Origin: a virus
Lineage: Duplodnaviria > Caudoviricetes
Length of the DNA stretch: 51,135 nucleotides
Direction: 5' to 3' (one strand)
IMG/VR virus record: IMGVR_UViG_3300045093_000075
Coordinates: 1-51,135 of that record
The position numbers were made by a program, and so were the translations under genes. Positions 1 to 9,794 of the stretch are shown piece by piece. Within the stretch, counting starts at the first letter, position 1. Every line of letters starts with the position of its first letter. Below the pieces are notes generated by a model. It worked only from the letters and a program-made list of their open reading frames with translations. It did no database searches and had not been told where the DNA came from.

Positions 1-1932
1 CTAATTGGTATAAACTGCGTTCGAGAATGTGACGAACTTGTAGTTCTTCGTCGTCGGCTGGTTTCCAGAACCGCTAACCTCGACGCCACCGAATGACGAG
101 TTCTTGAGGTTTCCGACAGACGTTCTCCCTCCTGAATTGTCTACGCGGAAATCTCCTGCGATGTTAGAGTTCATGATGTCGAACACGCAGCTGCCCCCCG
201 AACTGGTTTGAATGACCGACCCGGAAGTGTTCTCTCCGGCAAGAACAATGCAGTTTCGCAGAGAGATGCCCCGGCTTTGAGTGCCGGAGGAGCCAACGTT
301 CAAGGTCTGCAAAAAGGTTGACTGACGGGCGATAACGTCGTGAACGAACTGCGCTGCCGGCGTCGATATATCCATCGACGGAACTTTCACTCGCGCATTC
401 TCGAATTCGACGCCTCGAATGCCAATGTTGCCGGTGCTGTCCACCAGATTGATATCACCGGAGAAGATATTTGGCCCTAGCCCTAGTTGGGTCGACGTCC
501 ACCCCCCGATGAAATTCTCAATTCTGTTGTTTCCGTTAAATCCGCTTCCGGTTTGATGGCAATTAACAATTCCATCGACGTTCCGGTAGATGTTCCCCGA
601 ATTCACCACACCGATCAGCGTATTGGCGTCCGAGGTAATCTGAATAGTGCCGCGAGTGACTCTGTCAGAGCCTCTCGTGAGAACCTGATTGAACACGCAA
701 TCAGTGTTATCGCGCAGCTTAATATGATAATTGCTGCCGAGGTATTGGTCTGCGTACACAACCATGGACTCGACTGTCGTGCGCAAGCACCCTTTCAGAT
801 AGATGCCATGATCGCCGCTGGTCGAGTGCTCGTAGGAAGGGTCCTGATCGGTGGTCAGGCTTCGGATATACCCGTCCTCGATGTTGTACTCGGCGACTGT
901 TGAGTTTCCCGCGAAACCATAGCCAAGTGACACGTAGCCCGTCACGAGGAAATCGCCCAACGTAGGCCTTTTCAAAGTGTTGAAATAAACACCGTGGCCC
1001 ACGCCCTCGGGATCGTTGCAATGAACATGGACCAGACCGGAAATCTGTAGCCCATAGCTGGGTCGCAGGATTAGACCGTAAACCCCTCCCCCTTCTGCAA
1101 TAATATCGAGGTCGCCAATGCGATTGTTACGGCTGCGGTTATCAAAATTCGGCCCGCCGAACTGCATGAACCCGCGCACCTTGGCATAGCCGACGCTAGC
1201 CCCGTCACCACCTAAGATGAATGTTCCAGTTCCACCCCCAACCACAAGCTCCACGCCTGGAAGAGTGTCGAGGGTGTAATTGCCTAGCCACGTGAAGCTG
1301 GAAGCATGGATCGTATGTCGAAGGACGTATTTGGATGGAGGCATGCGCGAGACGGCATCAGTTCCCGTCACCTCATCCTCTGGAACAGCGCCATAATCAG
1401 TCGCGCACAGCGGCCCTTCAATGATGCGCTTCCAGCGGCCACTAGCGGTGTCGGCAGCCTCGAACACGCGCCCGCCATCTGCTGTCTCCGCGCTAGCCGC
1501 GTCCCAGAAGAACCGCCCTCCACCGATGCCGGGACTGGAGGCATGGTATCCCGGAACGAAGACAATAATGCCATTTGGAAGGATGCCAGTCGGAAGGGTG
1601 GACAGGGCGGAAATACTAGCAACCGTCGCAACGCGGTTGGGATCAGATGCATCCCATGCTGCACTCGCTGTATTGGCGGCGGATTCGGCCCGATCTGCCT
1701 CCTGCTCCGCCTTGTCGGCTTCTTCTCGCGCGCGATCGACCTCAGCCCCGGCCCCTTCGAGAGTGGACTTCATAGCCCTGCGCAGGTTCTTTTTCTTGGG
1801 GTTCCATACGCCAGTGTCTGGATCACCCACAGGCAACGGCGCGTTGACCGGCTCACCAGGCAACCCGTCACCGGTATAGCGTTTGAACTCGCGAAGCTCG
1901 CGATTGACGATCTCCTGCGGTGTATCGGCCAT
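1..1932 (-). CDS. Tail spike / receptor-binding protein, probable beta-helix depolymerase (643 aa)
   Basis: ATG 1932 with GGAG RBS; GGGRFFWD...DGGRVF...GRWKR...TDYGA adapter motif typical of tailspikes, then G/N/S/T/I/V-rich beta-helix-like region; follows tail tip gene. Confidence 0.8.
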   Translation of the reverse strand: MADTPQEIVNRELREFKRYTGDGLPGEPVNAPLPVGDPDTGVWNPKKKNLRRAMKSTLEGAGAEVDRAREEADKAEQEADRAESAANTASAAWDASDPNRVATVASISALSTLPTGILPNGIIVFVPGYHASSPGIGGGRFFWDAASAETADGGRVFEAADTASGRWKRIIEGPLCATDYGAVPEDEVTGTDAVSRMPPSKYVLRHTIHASSFTWLGNYTLDTLPGVELVVGGGTGTFILGGDGASVGYAKVRGFMQFGGPNFDNRSRNNRIGDLDIIAEGGGVYGLILRPSYGLQISGLVHVHCNDPEGVGHGVYFNTLKRPTLGDFLVTGYVSLGYGFAGNSTVAEYNIEDGYIRSLTTDQDPSYEHSTSGDHGIYLKGCLRTTVESMVVYADQYLGSNYHIKLRDNTDCVFNQVLTRGSDRVTRGTIQITSDANTLIGVVNSGNIYRNVDGIVNCHQTGSGFNGNNRIENFIGGWTSTQLGLGPNIFSGDINLVDSTGNIGIRGVEFENARVKVPSMDISTPAAQFVHDVIARQSTFLQTLNVGSSGTQSRGISLRNCIVLAGENTSGSVIQTSSGGSCVFDIMNSNIAGDFRVDNSGGRTSVGNLKNSSFGGVEVSGSGNQPTTKNYKFVTFSNAVYTN

Positions 1933-1947
1933 TGCTTGCTCCAACAG

Positions 1948-1969
1948 AAAAAACCCGCTCGGGAGCGGG
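1948..1969 (-). terminator. Intrinsic terminator after tail tip gene
   Basis: Minus strand CCCGCT-CCCG-AGCGGG followed by T6. Confidence 0.7.
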
Positions 1970-1994
1970 CGGACAGTGACAAACTTCGTTTCGG

Positions 1995-3728
1995 CTATTC
2001 TTCCGGCTCGGGCACCGGAATGGTGATCTCGGCCAGCGGGAAACTCCAACCGCTCACCACGTTCTGCGGCCCCAGCCAGCGCGCCTGCGCCTGATAGGCT
2101 CCATCGGCAAGCTGGGTTTCCCGTGCCGTGGTCTGGCTTTCGGTATCCATGGCGACCCAATTGGAGCCCGCCCCTGCCCTGATTTGGACTTCCAGCGTCA
2201 GGCCCTCGCGGCCCGGTTCATCGACAGCGGCAAGAACCACGCCCGGAGCGGGATTGGAAAGCGTCAGGTTTTGCGGAATCGGGAATTCGAGATCGGGCGA
2301 GGTATCCTGCGGAATGGGCGGGTTCTCTCCCTCCTCCGCCGTAGTCCAGCTATAAGCGGCTTGGTTGATCGACAGCACATCGATCTCGACGCTGGCGAGG
2401 TCGGGCGAAGGCTTGATGCCCGCGACATAGAACGCTTCGTCAATCTCGAGCTCGGGAAGGATGGACCGCACCGTCCGCTCACCTAGGGCGTTGAGGCCAG
2501 ATATGTTCTGCTGCTGCTTGCCCTTCCAGCGCGGGTTCGCCTTTGCCTGGTGAATTTTGGCCAGTCGGCGCCCCTGTGTCGGACTGGGCACGAAGTCGAG
2601 ATCAAAATCGGATACGATCGGCCCGCGTTCGGCTTGATCGGCAAGATCGATCCACGCCGTAGCTTCCATCGTCTGATAGTCGTGCTGCGGCGAGGTGTAC
2701 ATGATCTTGAGTTCGTTGAACGCGGCGAAACGGTTGTTCCCCTGGTCCATCGAATGGCCGAGATTGTCATTGGCCTCCAGCGTGACGGTCGGCGCTTCCC
2801 ACTTGCCGCCCCGGATCGCCACCTTGCCTTCAGGCGTCTGGTAGATTTCCCCGTCGCAGGTGTTGAGCATCTTGCGCAGGACAGCGTGCGGCTCCTCGGT
2901 GAGCTGATACACGCCCCACAGCCGATAGCGTTTTTCGCTGCCGCCGGCCGCCAACGGCACCTGCTCGTCGCACAGGTTGGCGAAGGCCGCAAAGCTCGGA
3001 ATGTCTATATCGTCTCGGGTCAGGCGATACCCGTCCGCATGGGTCAGATAATCGAGGATGCAGAGCGAGGAATTATCGCTCCAGGCCGTGGCATCATTGC
3101 GCGGGTCCCAAACCTTCGAGAGCCGGCACAGCCCCCGCACGGGCGTGTTGTAGCTCTCGGGGAAAACCTTCGCGACTTCGCTGGTCGAGCGAAACCTGAC
3201 AACCGAATAGGCGATGCCGCGCAGACGGTGGGCGCTAGTCCATTGCGGCCAAACACTCGTCATGAGGCTGTCCGCCGCCTGGTTAGGCGAGCCCAGATGC
3301 GAGCGGATGCGTACATTCGAGGTGCTGGTGACGAATTCGCTGTTGGTTACGTCGCCATTACCATCCAGCGAGACGATCCGATCCCCGACCCGGAAGTGCT
3401 CGACGGAATCGATCTCCCCGTGGTGCATCATAATCACCTGGTAGAGGTAGCCATCCTTGGTATCGAAAAAGGCTCGGGTGCCGCCGAGCAGCGCACGGCC
3501 ATAGCCCCGCACACGCGGCCCCACCGACTGGTTGAGAACCGCCTGGGCCTGTGGCGTCTTCATCGACGGCGCGGCCGCACGTGCAAACAGCGTGTAGCCG
3601 CCGATGAACGCCGCCCCGAGCACGACATTGGCAAAAGCCGTCGCGGCCGCCCATCCCGCCGCCGTCGCGCCAAAGATGTGTAGGCCGACGCCAATGAGCG
3701 CCGAGGAAATCGCAGAGAAGACCGCCAT
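1995..3728 (-). CDS. Tail tip / host-specificity protein (gpJ-like, 577 aa)
   Basis: Hydrophobic N-terminus, YGRALLGG, HRLRGIAY and WDPR...WSDNSSLCILDYL motifs; position in tail module. Confidence 0.85.
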   Translation of the reverse strand: MAVFSAISSALIGVGLHIFGATAAGWAAATAFANVVLGAAFIGGYTLFARAAAPSMKTPQAQAVLNQSVGPRVRGYGRALLGGTRAFFDTKDGYLYQVIMMHHGEIDSVEHFRVGDRIVSLDGNGDVTNSEFVTSTSNVRIRSHLGSPNQAADSLMTSVWPQWTSAHRLRGIAYSVVRFRSTSEVAKVFPESYNTPVRGLCRLSKVWDPRNDATAWSDNSSLCILDYLTHADGYRLTRDDIDIPSFAAFANLCDEQVPLAAGGSEKRYRLWGVYQLTEEPHAVLRKMLNTCDGEIYQTPEGKVAIRGGKWEAPTVTLEANDNLGHSMDQGNNRFAAFNELKIMYTSPQHDYQTMEATAWIDLADQAERGPIVSDFDLDFVPSPTQGRRLAKIHQAKANPRWKGKQQQNISGLNALGERTVRSILPELEIDEAFYVAGIKPSPDLASVEIDVLSINQAAYSWTTAEEGENPPIPQDTSPDLEFPIPQNLTLSNPAPGVVLAAVDEPGREGLTLEVQIRAGAGSNWVAMDTESQTTARETQLADGAYQAQARWLGPQNVVSGWSFPLAEITIPVPEPEE

Positions 3729-4159
3729 TAGATTGCCTTAGCCCAAGCAACTTCGGATACGAAAAAGCCGCGCCTCCCGAGGATTTGCGCGGCTCGCTCA
3801 TTGTGCGGCGGGGTGCTCATCCGGACGAACCGGCACCCCCTCGATTTCGCCCAGCGCTCATAGAGAACCAACAGGCGCAGACCAGCGCCTTTCGCCTCTG
3901 GTCCAGCCCACCATCCAAGCTCCATACCGACCTGCTCGAACGATATCGGCGTCACGCCTACGGTGGCGGCCAGAAAACCCTTCGCGGCACCATCCGCCTC
4001 GGCAACCAGCAAAAGCCCGTCAGCGGAGCCGACAAGGCGCCGCAGCAAGCCCATTGTCGCAGCAGGATCGATCTCCAACGCCATCTTGGTCGAAGCGTGA
4101 AGATCAGTCACCATGTCCAGCACGGCGGGCAGGTCGTCGAAAGTCGCCGCCCTGATCAC
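3728..4159 (-). CDS. GNAT-family acetyltransferase within tail module
   Basis: GTG start overlapping upstream TGA; IRAATFDDL, WWAGPEAKGAGLRLL...YERWAKSRG and RRGF motifs. Confidence 0.75.
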   Translation of the reverse strand: MIRAATFDDLPAVLDMVTDLHASTKMALEIDPAATMGLLRRLVGSADGLLLVAEADGAAKGFLAATVGVTPISFEQVGMELGWWAGPEAKGAGLRLLVLYERWAKSRGCRFVRMSTPPHNERAAQILGRRGFFVSEVAWAKAI

Positions 4160-4725
4160 AGCACGGGCCACCGGGTTGTTTTCTGCACAAGATCGACCAC
4201 CTGCTCCAATCCACGATCGCCGGGATGGCGCGAGTTCTGGTCGCGGTCGGTCAGAAAGCCATAGGGCGGGTTCTTCCGGTTCACCCACACGCTTTCGGCG
4301 GTGAGCTTTACCGAGCGCATACTGGCGCCCTGGGCGGAATAACTCATCTGGTCCATTTTCCCCGACCAGATCGCATAGGGCTGATCGAGCGGGATCATGT
4401 CGGTCAGGTCCCAGAAATTCACATAGACCGTGATGCGCCGATCCTTCACCCGGTTGGAGGCCTGCCGCGCCATCTGGACGATAGTGGCATCGACGCCCGA
4501 CAGCGTCAGCGTGGTCTTGGGCGCTACCGTACCGTTCGGCTGCTCAAGTCCGTCGATGGCCACCCACTCGCCAACACCAAGCCAATCCTCACCTCCGAGG
4601 CGCACAGTGCCGAAGCCGTTCCACCAGCGCCGGGGTGTCTCACGGAACTGCGCATATGTCAGCAATGCCGCCGCCACCTCTCGGCCAGCGAGCTTGGCCT
4701 CGATGGTTTGGGAGAAGTAGCCCAT
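4156..4725 (-). CDS. Tail hub / minor tail protein (gpL-like position)
   Basis: ATG 4725; WNGFG...WLGVG, LTLSGVD and DQNSRHPGDRGLE motifs. Confidence 0.75.
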   Translation of the reverse strand: MGYFSQTIEAKLAGREVAAALLTYAQFRETPRRWWNGFGTVRLGGEDWLGVGEWVAIDGLEQPNGTVAPKTTLTLSGVDATIVQMARQASNRVKDRRITVYVNFWDLTDMIPLDQPYAIWSGKMDQMSYSAQGASMRSVKLTAESVWVNRKNPPYGFLTDRDQNSRHPGDRGLEQVVDLVQKTTRWPVL

Positions 4726-4742
4726 TCGGAATCCTGCGCATG

Positions 4743-4763
4743 AAAAAGCCGCCCGAAGGCGGC
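4743..4763 (-). terminator. Intrinsic terminator
   Basis: Minus strand GCCGCC-TTCG-GGCGGC-TTTTT. Confidence 0.8.
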
Positions 4764-4826
4764 GATGGAACAATCTGCGTGGTATCGAATTTCAAGGATC
4801 ATCCACAGACAAAGGGGATATATCCG

Positions 4827-4946
4827 ATGACGCAGATGAACCAGCCTGCTGGAAAGAACGTCAATGATGCGTCATCTCGCATCAGCGCAGTGGTGCGCAT
4901 CCTTGAGCAGTACCAAAGCCGCTCGCCCAGCAAAAAAAGGATTTAG
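4827..4946 (+). CDS. Small hypothetical moron protein (39 aa)
   Basis: AAAGGGGA RBS upstream; in insert between tail genes. Confidence 0.35.
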   Translation: MTQMNQPAGKNVNDASSRISAVVRILEQYQSRSPSKKRI

Positions 4947-4958
4947 TGGCGCCGTACC

Positions 4959-5402
4959 ATGCCCTACTTAATCCCACACGAAATCGAGAAGCGCGTTCGT
5001 ATCCGCACTGTCGATGTACGCCCCTACGCTCGGAGCTTCGCCTTCACGATTACCTGGCAGGACCAAGCTGGCGCCCGCTACCCCGATAATACGCAGGTGG
5101 AATTGGCTTATGCTCCACCGGGCGAGGACTTTGTTGCACGAGCCAACAGCGCGCATATTTTCGAAATCCGGCTTGAGCTTGAGAGGTCAGGCCCCACACG
5201 CGCTAAACAACTCGGCATAAGTTTGGATGCCTATTATTCGGCGCTTGACGGGTGGGACGGTAGAGTCACCATTCTTACCGGCAAGGACTTCACCACGCCT
5301 CAACAAATTCCAAACCGCCATTTCCCCAGCGGCCCGTATCAAGCTCAAGTTCACCAGTCTGGTCCTGCGCAAACCGCATCAGACAAACCGGACGATCTAT
5401 GA
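4959..5402 (+). CDS. Hypothetical moron protein
   Basis: 147-aa ORF filling the gap between tail genes; 3' end overlaps the distal tail gene antisense by 113 nt. Confidence 0.55.
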   Translation: MPYLIPHEIEKRVRIRTVDVRPYARSFAFTITWQDQAGARYPDNTQVELAYAPPGEDFVARANSAHIFEIRLELERSGPTRAKQLGISLDAYYSALDGWDGRVTILTGKDFTTPQQIPNRHFPSGPYQAQVHQSGPAQTASDKPDDL

Positions 5403-5997
5403 TCACTGTCCCGCCGGCCGCGACGTCCTCGCGCAGCCATGGCGTGAACCTGATCTGGGTCGGCTCGCCCTCTTCCTCTTGCCAGGTCTGCGTCACCATG
5501 TAGAGCCGCAGCCCGATGCCGAAGTATTGACCCGGACGCACACCGTCGATCCCCGGCGCATAGGTGACGGCGATCTGGGTGGCATTGAGCGCGGCGGGCT
5601 CTGCAAGCGTGGCAAAGACCGGCGTATCATCTTGCCCCCAGCCGGATAGGTCGAAAGCGACACCCTCTTGATCGATATCGCCACCCCAACGCGCCGCTGA
5701 CTTCTCATCTAAGCGCCGCCCATTGGCGTCACGGGCGCGGAACACGTTCCATGTCGGGACGAGCACCGTCCCTGCTCTGCCGCCCATCCCGCCAACAAAA
5801 GAACGCCAATCGAGGATAGTGCGCTCATTCATAGCTGGGATCGTCAGGCGAGCCTTCCAGCGGCCGGAAGGCGCCACCGTGACCTGTTCGTTGCCGAGGA
5901 TCGAAACCCCGCCTGTGCGGCTCTGGTTTTCAAGCATGAAGTCCGATCGGCTGGGCCAGAGGTGAACGGGCCATGTCGCTGCGCTGAGCACCATCAC
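5290..5997 (-). CDS. Distal tail protein (Dit-like)
   Basis: Directly follows tape measure gene with 4-nt overlap; GGMGGRAGTVLVP and LEFVEAW motifs. Confidence 0.75.
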   Translation of the reverse strand: MMVLSAATWPVHLWPSRSDFMLENQSRTGGVSILGNEQVTVAPSGRWKARLTIPAMNERTILDWRSFVGGMGGRAGTVLVPTWNVFRARDANGRRLDEKSAARWGGDIDQEGVAFDLSGWGQDDTPVFATLAEPAALNATQIAVTYAPGIDGVRPGQYFGIGLRLYMVTQTWQEEEGEPTQIRFTPWLREDVAAGGTVIIDRPVCLMRFAQDQTGELELDTGRWGNGGLEFVEAW

Positions 5998-8435
5998 CCG
6001 TTCCTCATCTGGTATTCGGTCTGCATGTTGCCGAAGTTGCGTTCGACCGTCTTCATGCCCTGGGCAACACCCTCAGCAACCATCCGCTGAACTTCTGCAT
6101 TTCCAGTCGCGCCGTTGACGTTGATCGTGACCTGGACCTTTTGATTTTGGTTCGCCGAACCGCTATTCCCATTGGCCGGAATGACCCGTTCGCCGCGCTC
6201 AAGGATCGCCGGCACCTCATTGGGCTTGAGACCCGCGATGCCGCCATTGTGGTAACGCGGTGCACTGGCCCAGATCGTTGCGGGGAAGGCTCGGCTATGA
6301 CCATAGCCATGCAGGCCGGCAATTCCTCCATCGTGGAGGATGCCAGGAATTATCATCCCGCCGAGAAGGCCGCCTCCGCCACCCCCAATGCCCCAGCCCA
6401 AGCCGCCAGCCGCTGCGGGCGAAAAGAGCGTCTGAAAGGCCTGATTGATCAGCAATTGCCCCAGAGACCGAAGTAGGTCTCCAATTCCCTCCACAGCGCT
6501 CTTAGAGCCGTCGAGGATGCCCGTGAACAGGCTGGAGAACCCGCTGGCGAGTTGGCTGTTGATCTGGGTCGCCTGCTGCTGCTGACGGGCCATCATCTCA
6601 AGTTGAACCGTTGCGGCGGCATATTCCGACGACATGGAATTGATTTGATCCGTCACGGTGGCCGTGATCGGAATGCCGGCCTGCTTAGCCTGGTTCAGAA
6701 GATCGAACGCGGCCTGCTGGCGGGCGACCTCATATGTGGACTGGCCGAACAGCTCGATTTCGAGATGAAGCTGATCGATGCGCTGCTGGAAGTTGTCATT
6801 GGCCGAACCCCAACGATCAGTTGGCGATTGCCCCCTTGCGGAGCGGCTGGCCTCGCGTCGGGCGGTGAGGATGTCCGTATTCCGCACGAACTGATCGAAC
6901 GCCTCCTGGGCCTGATCTCTGACGGCTGCTGACGGGCTGTTTAGGGCTTCGGCCAGCAAATCGGCTGCCACCTCCTGCTGCGTCCTGATCTCCGGCACCA
7001 TGCCCTGGATTTTCTCCATGGCATCGATCGGCGCCTGTAGCGCCGCTTCTAGCCCGGCATTGGTGAAATCGCCGCTTCCGAGCATGTCGAACGATGCGCG
7101 CAGATTGGCCATGCGGGTGGCGGCAATGGCCGCCTCATCGGAAAGCCCGGCCAAGGCCATCTGTGCTCCGCCGATCCGCGCCTCTAGTTCAGCAGCCTCA
7201 CGGGTGGCATTATAAAACTCCCCTGCGATCCGACGAACTTCCGCATCGACGTTGTCATTCATCTGGATCAGTTGGAGCTTTTGGGCAAACTCCTCGGCCG
7301 AAATGATGTTGGCGTCAAACTCGCCCTTGATCTGGCGAAGTACGGCCAGGTCTTCGTTGATCGAGCCGAAGGTCAGGAATGCGTCATCGCGAATGCGGAA
7401 GTTCTCGATCCGGTTTTGCACCATTTCGAGTAACCGCAGGTCCTCAGCAATCTGTCCGCCGATCTCTAGTCGAGCCAGTGATGCAGGAAGACGACTTGCC
7501 TCCTCGATATAGTCCCGAACGGCATTTTCCAGCTCGTCGTAGCCGCGCAACAGCTCACTCAACCAAGCAACGTGATCCTCCAACGTGCGCGTGGCATCCT
7601 CGCCGCTATTCAGCATGCCTACGAAAGCCTGCACGCCGGCAGCGCCAAGCCCGATGGCGGCAATAGTGGCAAGATTGAGCGGATTGAGCAGCCCCATCAC
7701 AGCACCGCCAAGGGCTTGGACGATCTGTCGGCTGTTCCCGATCTGATGGAAAACCCCGCCGACCTGTGTGCCTTGCTGCATCGCAAGCATCATCGGGTTC
7801 TGTCCCATGGCCGTCATCATGGCAATGTCTTGCGCCTGGAACAGGAGGTTCGTGGTGTGCGCTGCATTGACTGTTCGAGCAGCCGTCGCGGCTGCTTGGT
7901 TGGCACGCAGCGAAGCGGTTAGCCCATCGTAAGCCGCTTGCTCGCGCATGACTGCGGCCGTCGCCTCATCGGCCGTTATGGCGCCGAGGCGTTGCGCCCG
8001 GTTGATTTCGGCCGTGGCGGATTCAAAGCGCTGTTGGGCCGCGAATAGCGGGTTAAAACGTGCGCGCATCCGGTCCAGCTCATCGGATACATTGGCGAGG
8101 GGACCTTCCCATTGAGCCGTTGCGCGCGCGACGCCAGTCTGCCGTTCAATAAATCGCTGCATTACTAGGTCGGCCTGGCCATAAGACCGGGTGGCCATTT
8201 CGGTAGCCTTTTGTCCCCGTTCCATGGCCGAGGCCGTTGCACTGGTGTGACGCTCGATATTTGCGAGTACTGCGGTCACCGATCCGATAGCAGCTGCCAT
8301 CTCTCGAGAAGCCCGACCGACACCTTGGGCACCGCGCTCTGCTTTGCCAGCAGAGGCCACGAACTGATCCATATCCGCAGCTGCGGAAACCGCCTCCTGC
8401 GATTGAATGCTCAGCCCGAGTGTCGGTCCAGCCAT
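5994..8435 (-). CDS. Tape measure protein (813 aa)
   Basis: Ala/Gln-rich helical; QAQDIAMM...GQNPMMLAMQQGTQ and LHDGG...PNEVPAILERGERV motifs. Confidence 0.92.
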   Translation of the reverse strand: MAGPTLGLSIQSQEAVSAAADMDQFVASAGKAERGAQGVGRASREMAAAIGSVTAVLANIERHTSATASAMERGQKATEMATRSYGQADLVMQRFIERQTGVARATAQWEGPLANVSDELDRMRARFNPLFAAQQRFESATAEINRAQRLGAITADEATAAVMREQAAYDGLTASLRANQAAATAARTVNAAHTTNLLFQAQDIAMMTAMGQNPMMLAMQQGTQVGGVFHQIGNSRQIVQALGGAVMGLLNPLNLATIAAIGLGAAGVQAFVGMLNSGEDATRTLEDHVAWLSELLRGYDELENAVRDYIEEASRLPASLARLEIGGQIAEDLRLLEMVQNRIENFRIRDDAFLTFGSINEDLAVLRQIKGEFDANIISAEEFAQKLQLIQMNDNVDAEVRRIAGEFYNATREAAELEARIGGAQMALAGLSDEAAIAATRMANLRASFDMLGSGDFTNAGLEAALQAPIDAMEKIQGMVPEIRTQQEVAADLLAEALNSPSAAVRDQAQEAFDQFVRNTDILTARREASRSARGQSPTDRWGSANDNFQQRIDQLHLEIELFGQSTYEVARQQAAFDLLNQAKQAGIPITATVTDQINSMSSEYAAATVQLEMMARQQQQATQINSQLASGFSSLFTGILDGSKSAVEGIGDLLRSLGQLLINQAFQTLFSPAAAGGLGWGIGGGGGGLLGGMIIPGILHDGGIAGLHGYGHSRAFPATIWASAPRYHNGGIAGLKPNEVPAILERGERVIPANGNSGSANQNQKVQVTINVNGATGNAEVQRMVAEGVAQGMKTVERNFGNMQTEYQMRNG

Positions 8436-8449
8436 ATCAAAACCTCAGT

Positions 8450-8788
8450 CTATGACCACAGGGCGTCGAATAATTCGGTCGAAAGCTCGCGCTGCGACAC
8501 TGCTCGTTCGCTGGGCTCGGTACTGCTCTCCTTAGCCCAAATCCCGATCCGGACATCGTCCATCAGTAGGAGGGCCAGGGTTTCCCATTCCTCAGGCCGG
8601 TCACCGAAGGCCGACCTGATGTCCACATAGGTCAGCCGGTTGGGGCCATACCCATTGCCGTTTCGGGTCCGGTCGAGTCGCCAGAACCATTCCCATACAC
8701 GTTCAGCCGCTGGCGGGAGGCGGACACGGCGACCCGCCACCCGGTCCCTTACGCCATGTTTTAGGCGCTCGGTGAGCTGGTCAAAAAA
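8450..8788 (-). CDS. Tail assembly chaperone frameshift extension (gpGT-like C-terminal part)
   Basis: The -1 frame is open from the slippery site to the stop at 8450; WEWFWRLDRTR...GPNRLTYVDI motif. Confidence 0.8.
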   Translation of the reverse strand, partial: FFDQLTERLKHGVRDRVAGRRVRLPPAAERVWEWFWRLDRTRNGNGYGPNRLTYVDIRSAFGDRPEEWETLALLLMDDVRIGIWAKESSTEPSERAVSQRELSTELFDALWS

Positions 8789-9234
8789 GCGGCACGGGTA
8801 TCCGCCTTGGTCTGCACCTGCTGGTAGATGAAGCGGAAGCGCTGATAGAGCTTGGCCGCATTTTCTTCCGAGAATGGCAGCGGAGCCCCGTCGAGCTTAA
8901 TCGCTACATCGGGAACGGTGCCGTCTGTGCGTTTGTCAGGCACGAAATCGAGCGTGACCTTTGCGAAATAGCGAAGGCGTCGCTGAGCGATATCGCGGGC
9001 GCTAGCAGACTCCAACGATGCCTGTTCGACAAGCTCCGCCTGGATCGCGTCGAGAGCTTCCTGAGCCTTCTCGCTATCCGGTCCTGCAACCTTGATGCTG
9101 AACCCAAGGGAAGATCGCCCGTCCGGTCCCTTGATCGGCACAAGAATGCCTTCCTCTTGGCGCTGCACCATGTCATCGAACCCAGAGAGGTCAATCGGCC
9201 CTTCAGCAGCGGTTTCAGTCTTTTTCGTCGCCAT
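8761..9234 (-). CDS. Tail assembly chaperone (gpG-like)
   Basis: Between tail tube and tape measure; IKVAGPDS and FSEENAAKLY motifs. Confidence 0.85.
   Translation of the reverse strand: MATKKTETAAEGPIDLSGFDDMVQRQEEGILVPIKGPDGRSSLGFSIKVAGPDSEKAQEALDAIQAELVEQASLESASARDIAQRRLRYFAKVTLDFVPDKRTDGTVPDVAIKLDGAPLPFSEENAAKLYQRFRFIYQQVQTKADTRAAFLTSSPSA
8782..8788 (-). other. -1 ribosomal frameshift slippery site T TTT TTG
   Basis: GCT TTT TTG in frame near end of chaperone gene; -1 frame joins ORF 8450-8740 without a stop. Confidence 0.8.
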
Positions 9235-9244
9235 AAGTCTCTCC

Positions 9245-9739
9245 TTATGCGCCCGCTGCGGCAGCGACGCGGACGATATTGGAATTCACCTCGACCGTGC
9301 TCTGCATCAGCTGCGCGGTGTTGGCCGAGCCTCCCTGCTCTGGGACACCCATTACAAGGCCGAGGAACAGACGCTCGGATGGCGTCGGGGCGCTGCCGAC
9401 GGCAGGTGCATCATTCCCCACGATACGGAAGGGGTAATTGTGGTTGGTCACCGACGCGGCGATGAGCGCGATCTGGCCGGGGTCGTCACGAATGATCGCG
9501 AAGTTGTTCTGCATCGATCCGGCGTTGCGCGTGCCCTTCTGCTTAATGTCCCGCCCGCGGTTAATGAGCGGCGTGGTGATAAGCGCCGCAGCATCGCCAA
9601 TAGCGCCGTGCGTCTCCCAACCATCGATCTCGACCCATTCGATGTCGTCGAAATCGGCAGCCGTCATGTCGTCGTCCGGCAGTTCCATAGCCGGGCCGAT
9701 ATAGATCCGCTGCCCGGCAACGGGATAGAGTGTGGGCAT
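9245..9739 (-). CDS. Major tail (tube) protein
   Basis: RGRDIKQKGTRNAGSM...DDPGQIALIAA motifs; position. Confidence 0.85.
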   Translation of the reverse strand: MPTLYPVAGQRIYIGPAMELPDDDMTAADFDDIEWVEIDGWETHGAIGDAAALITTPLINRGRDIKQKGTRNAGSMQNNFAIIRDDPGQIALIAASVTNHNYPFRIVGNDAPAVGSAPTPSERLFLGLVMGVPEQGGSANTAQLMQSTVEVNSNIVRVAAAAGA

Positions 9740-9794
9740 ATCGCCCTCCTATGTCTGAGAGCCCTTGCCGAAGGGGCGCGGAACGGCCGGAGTG

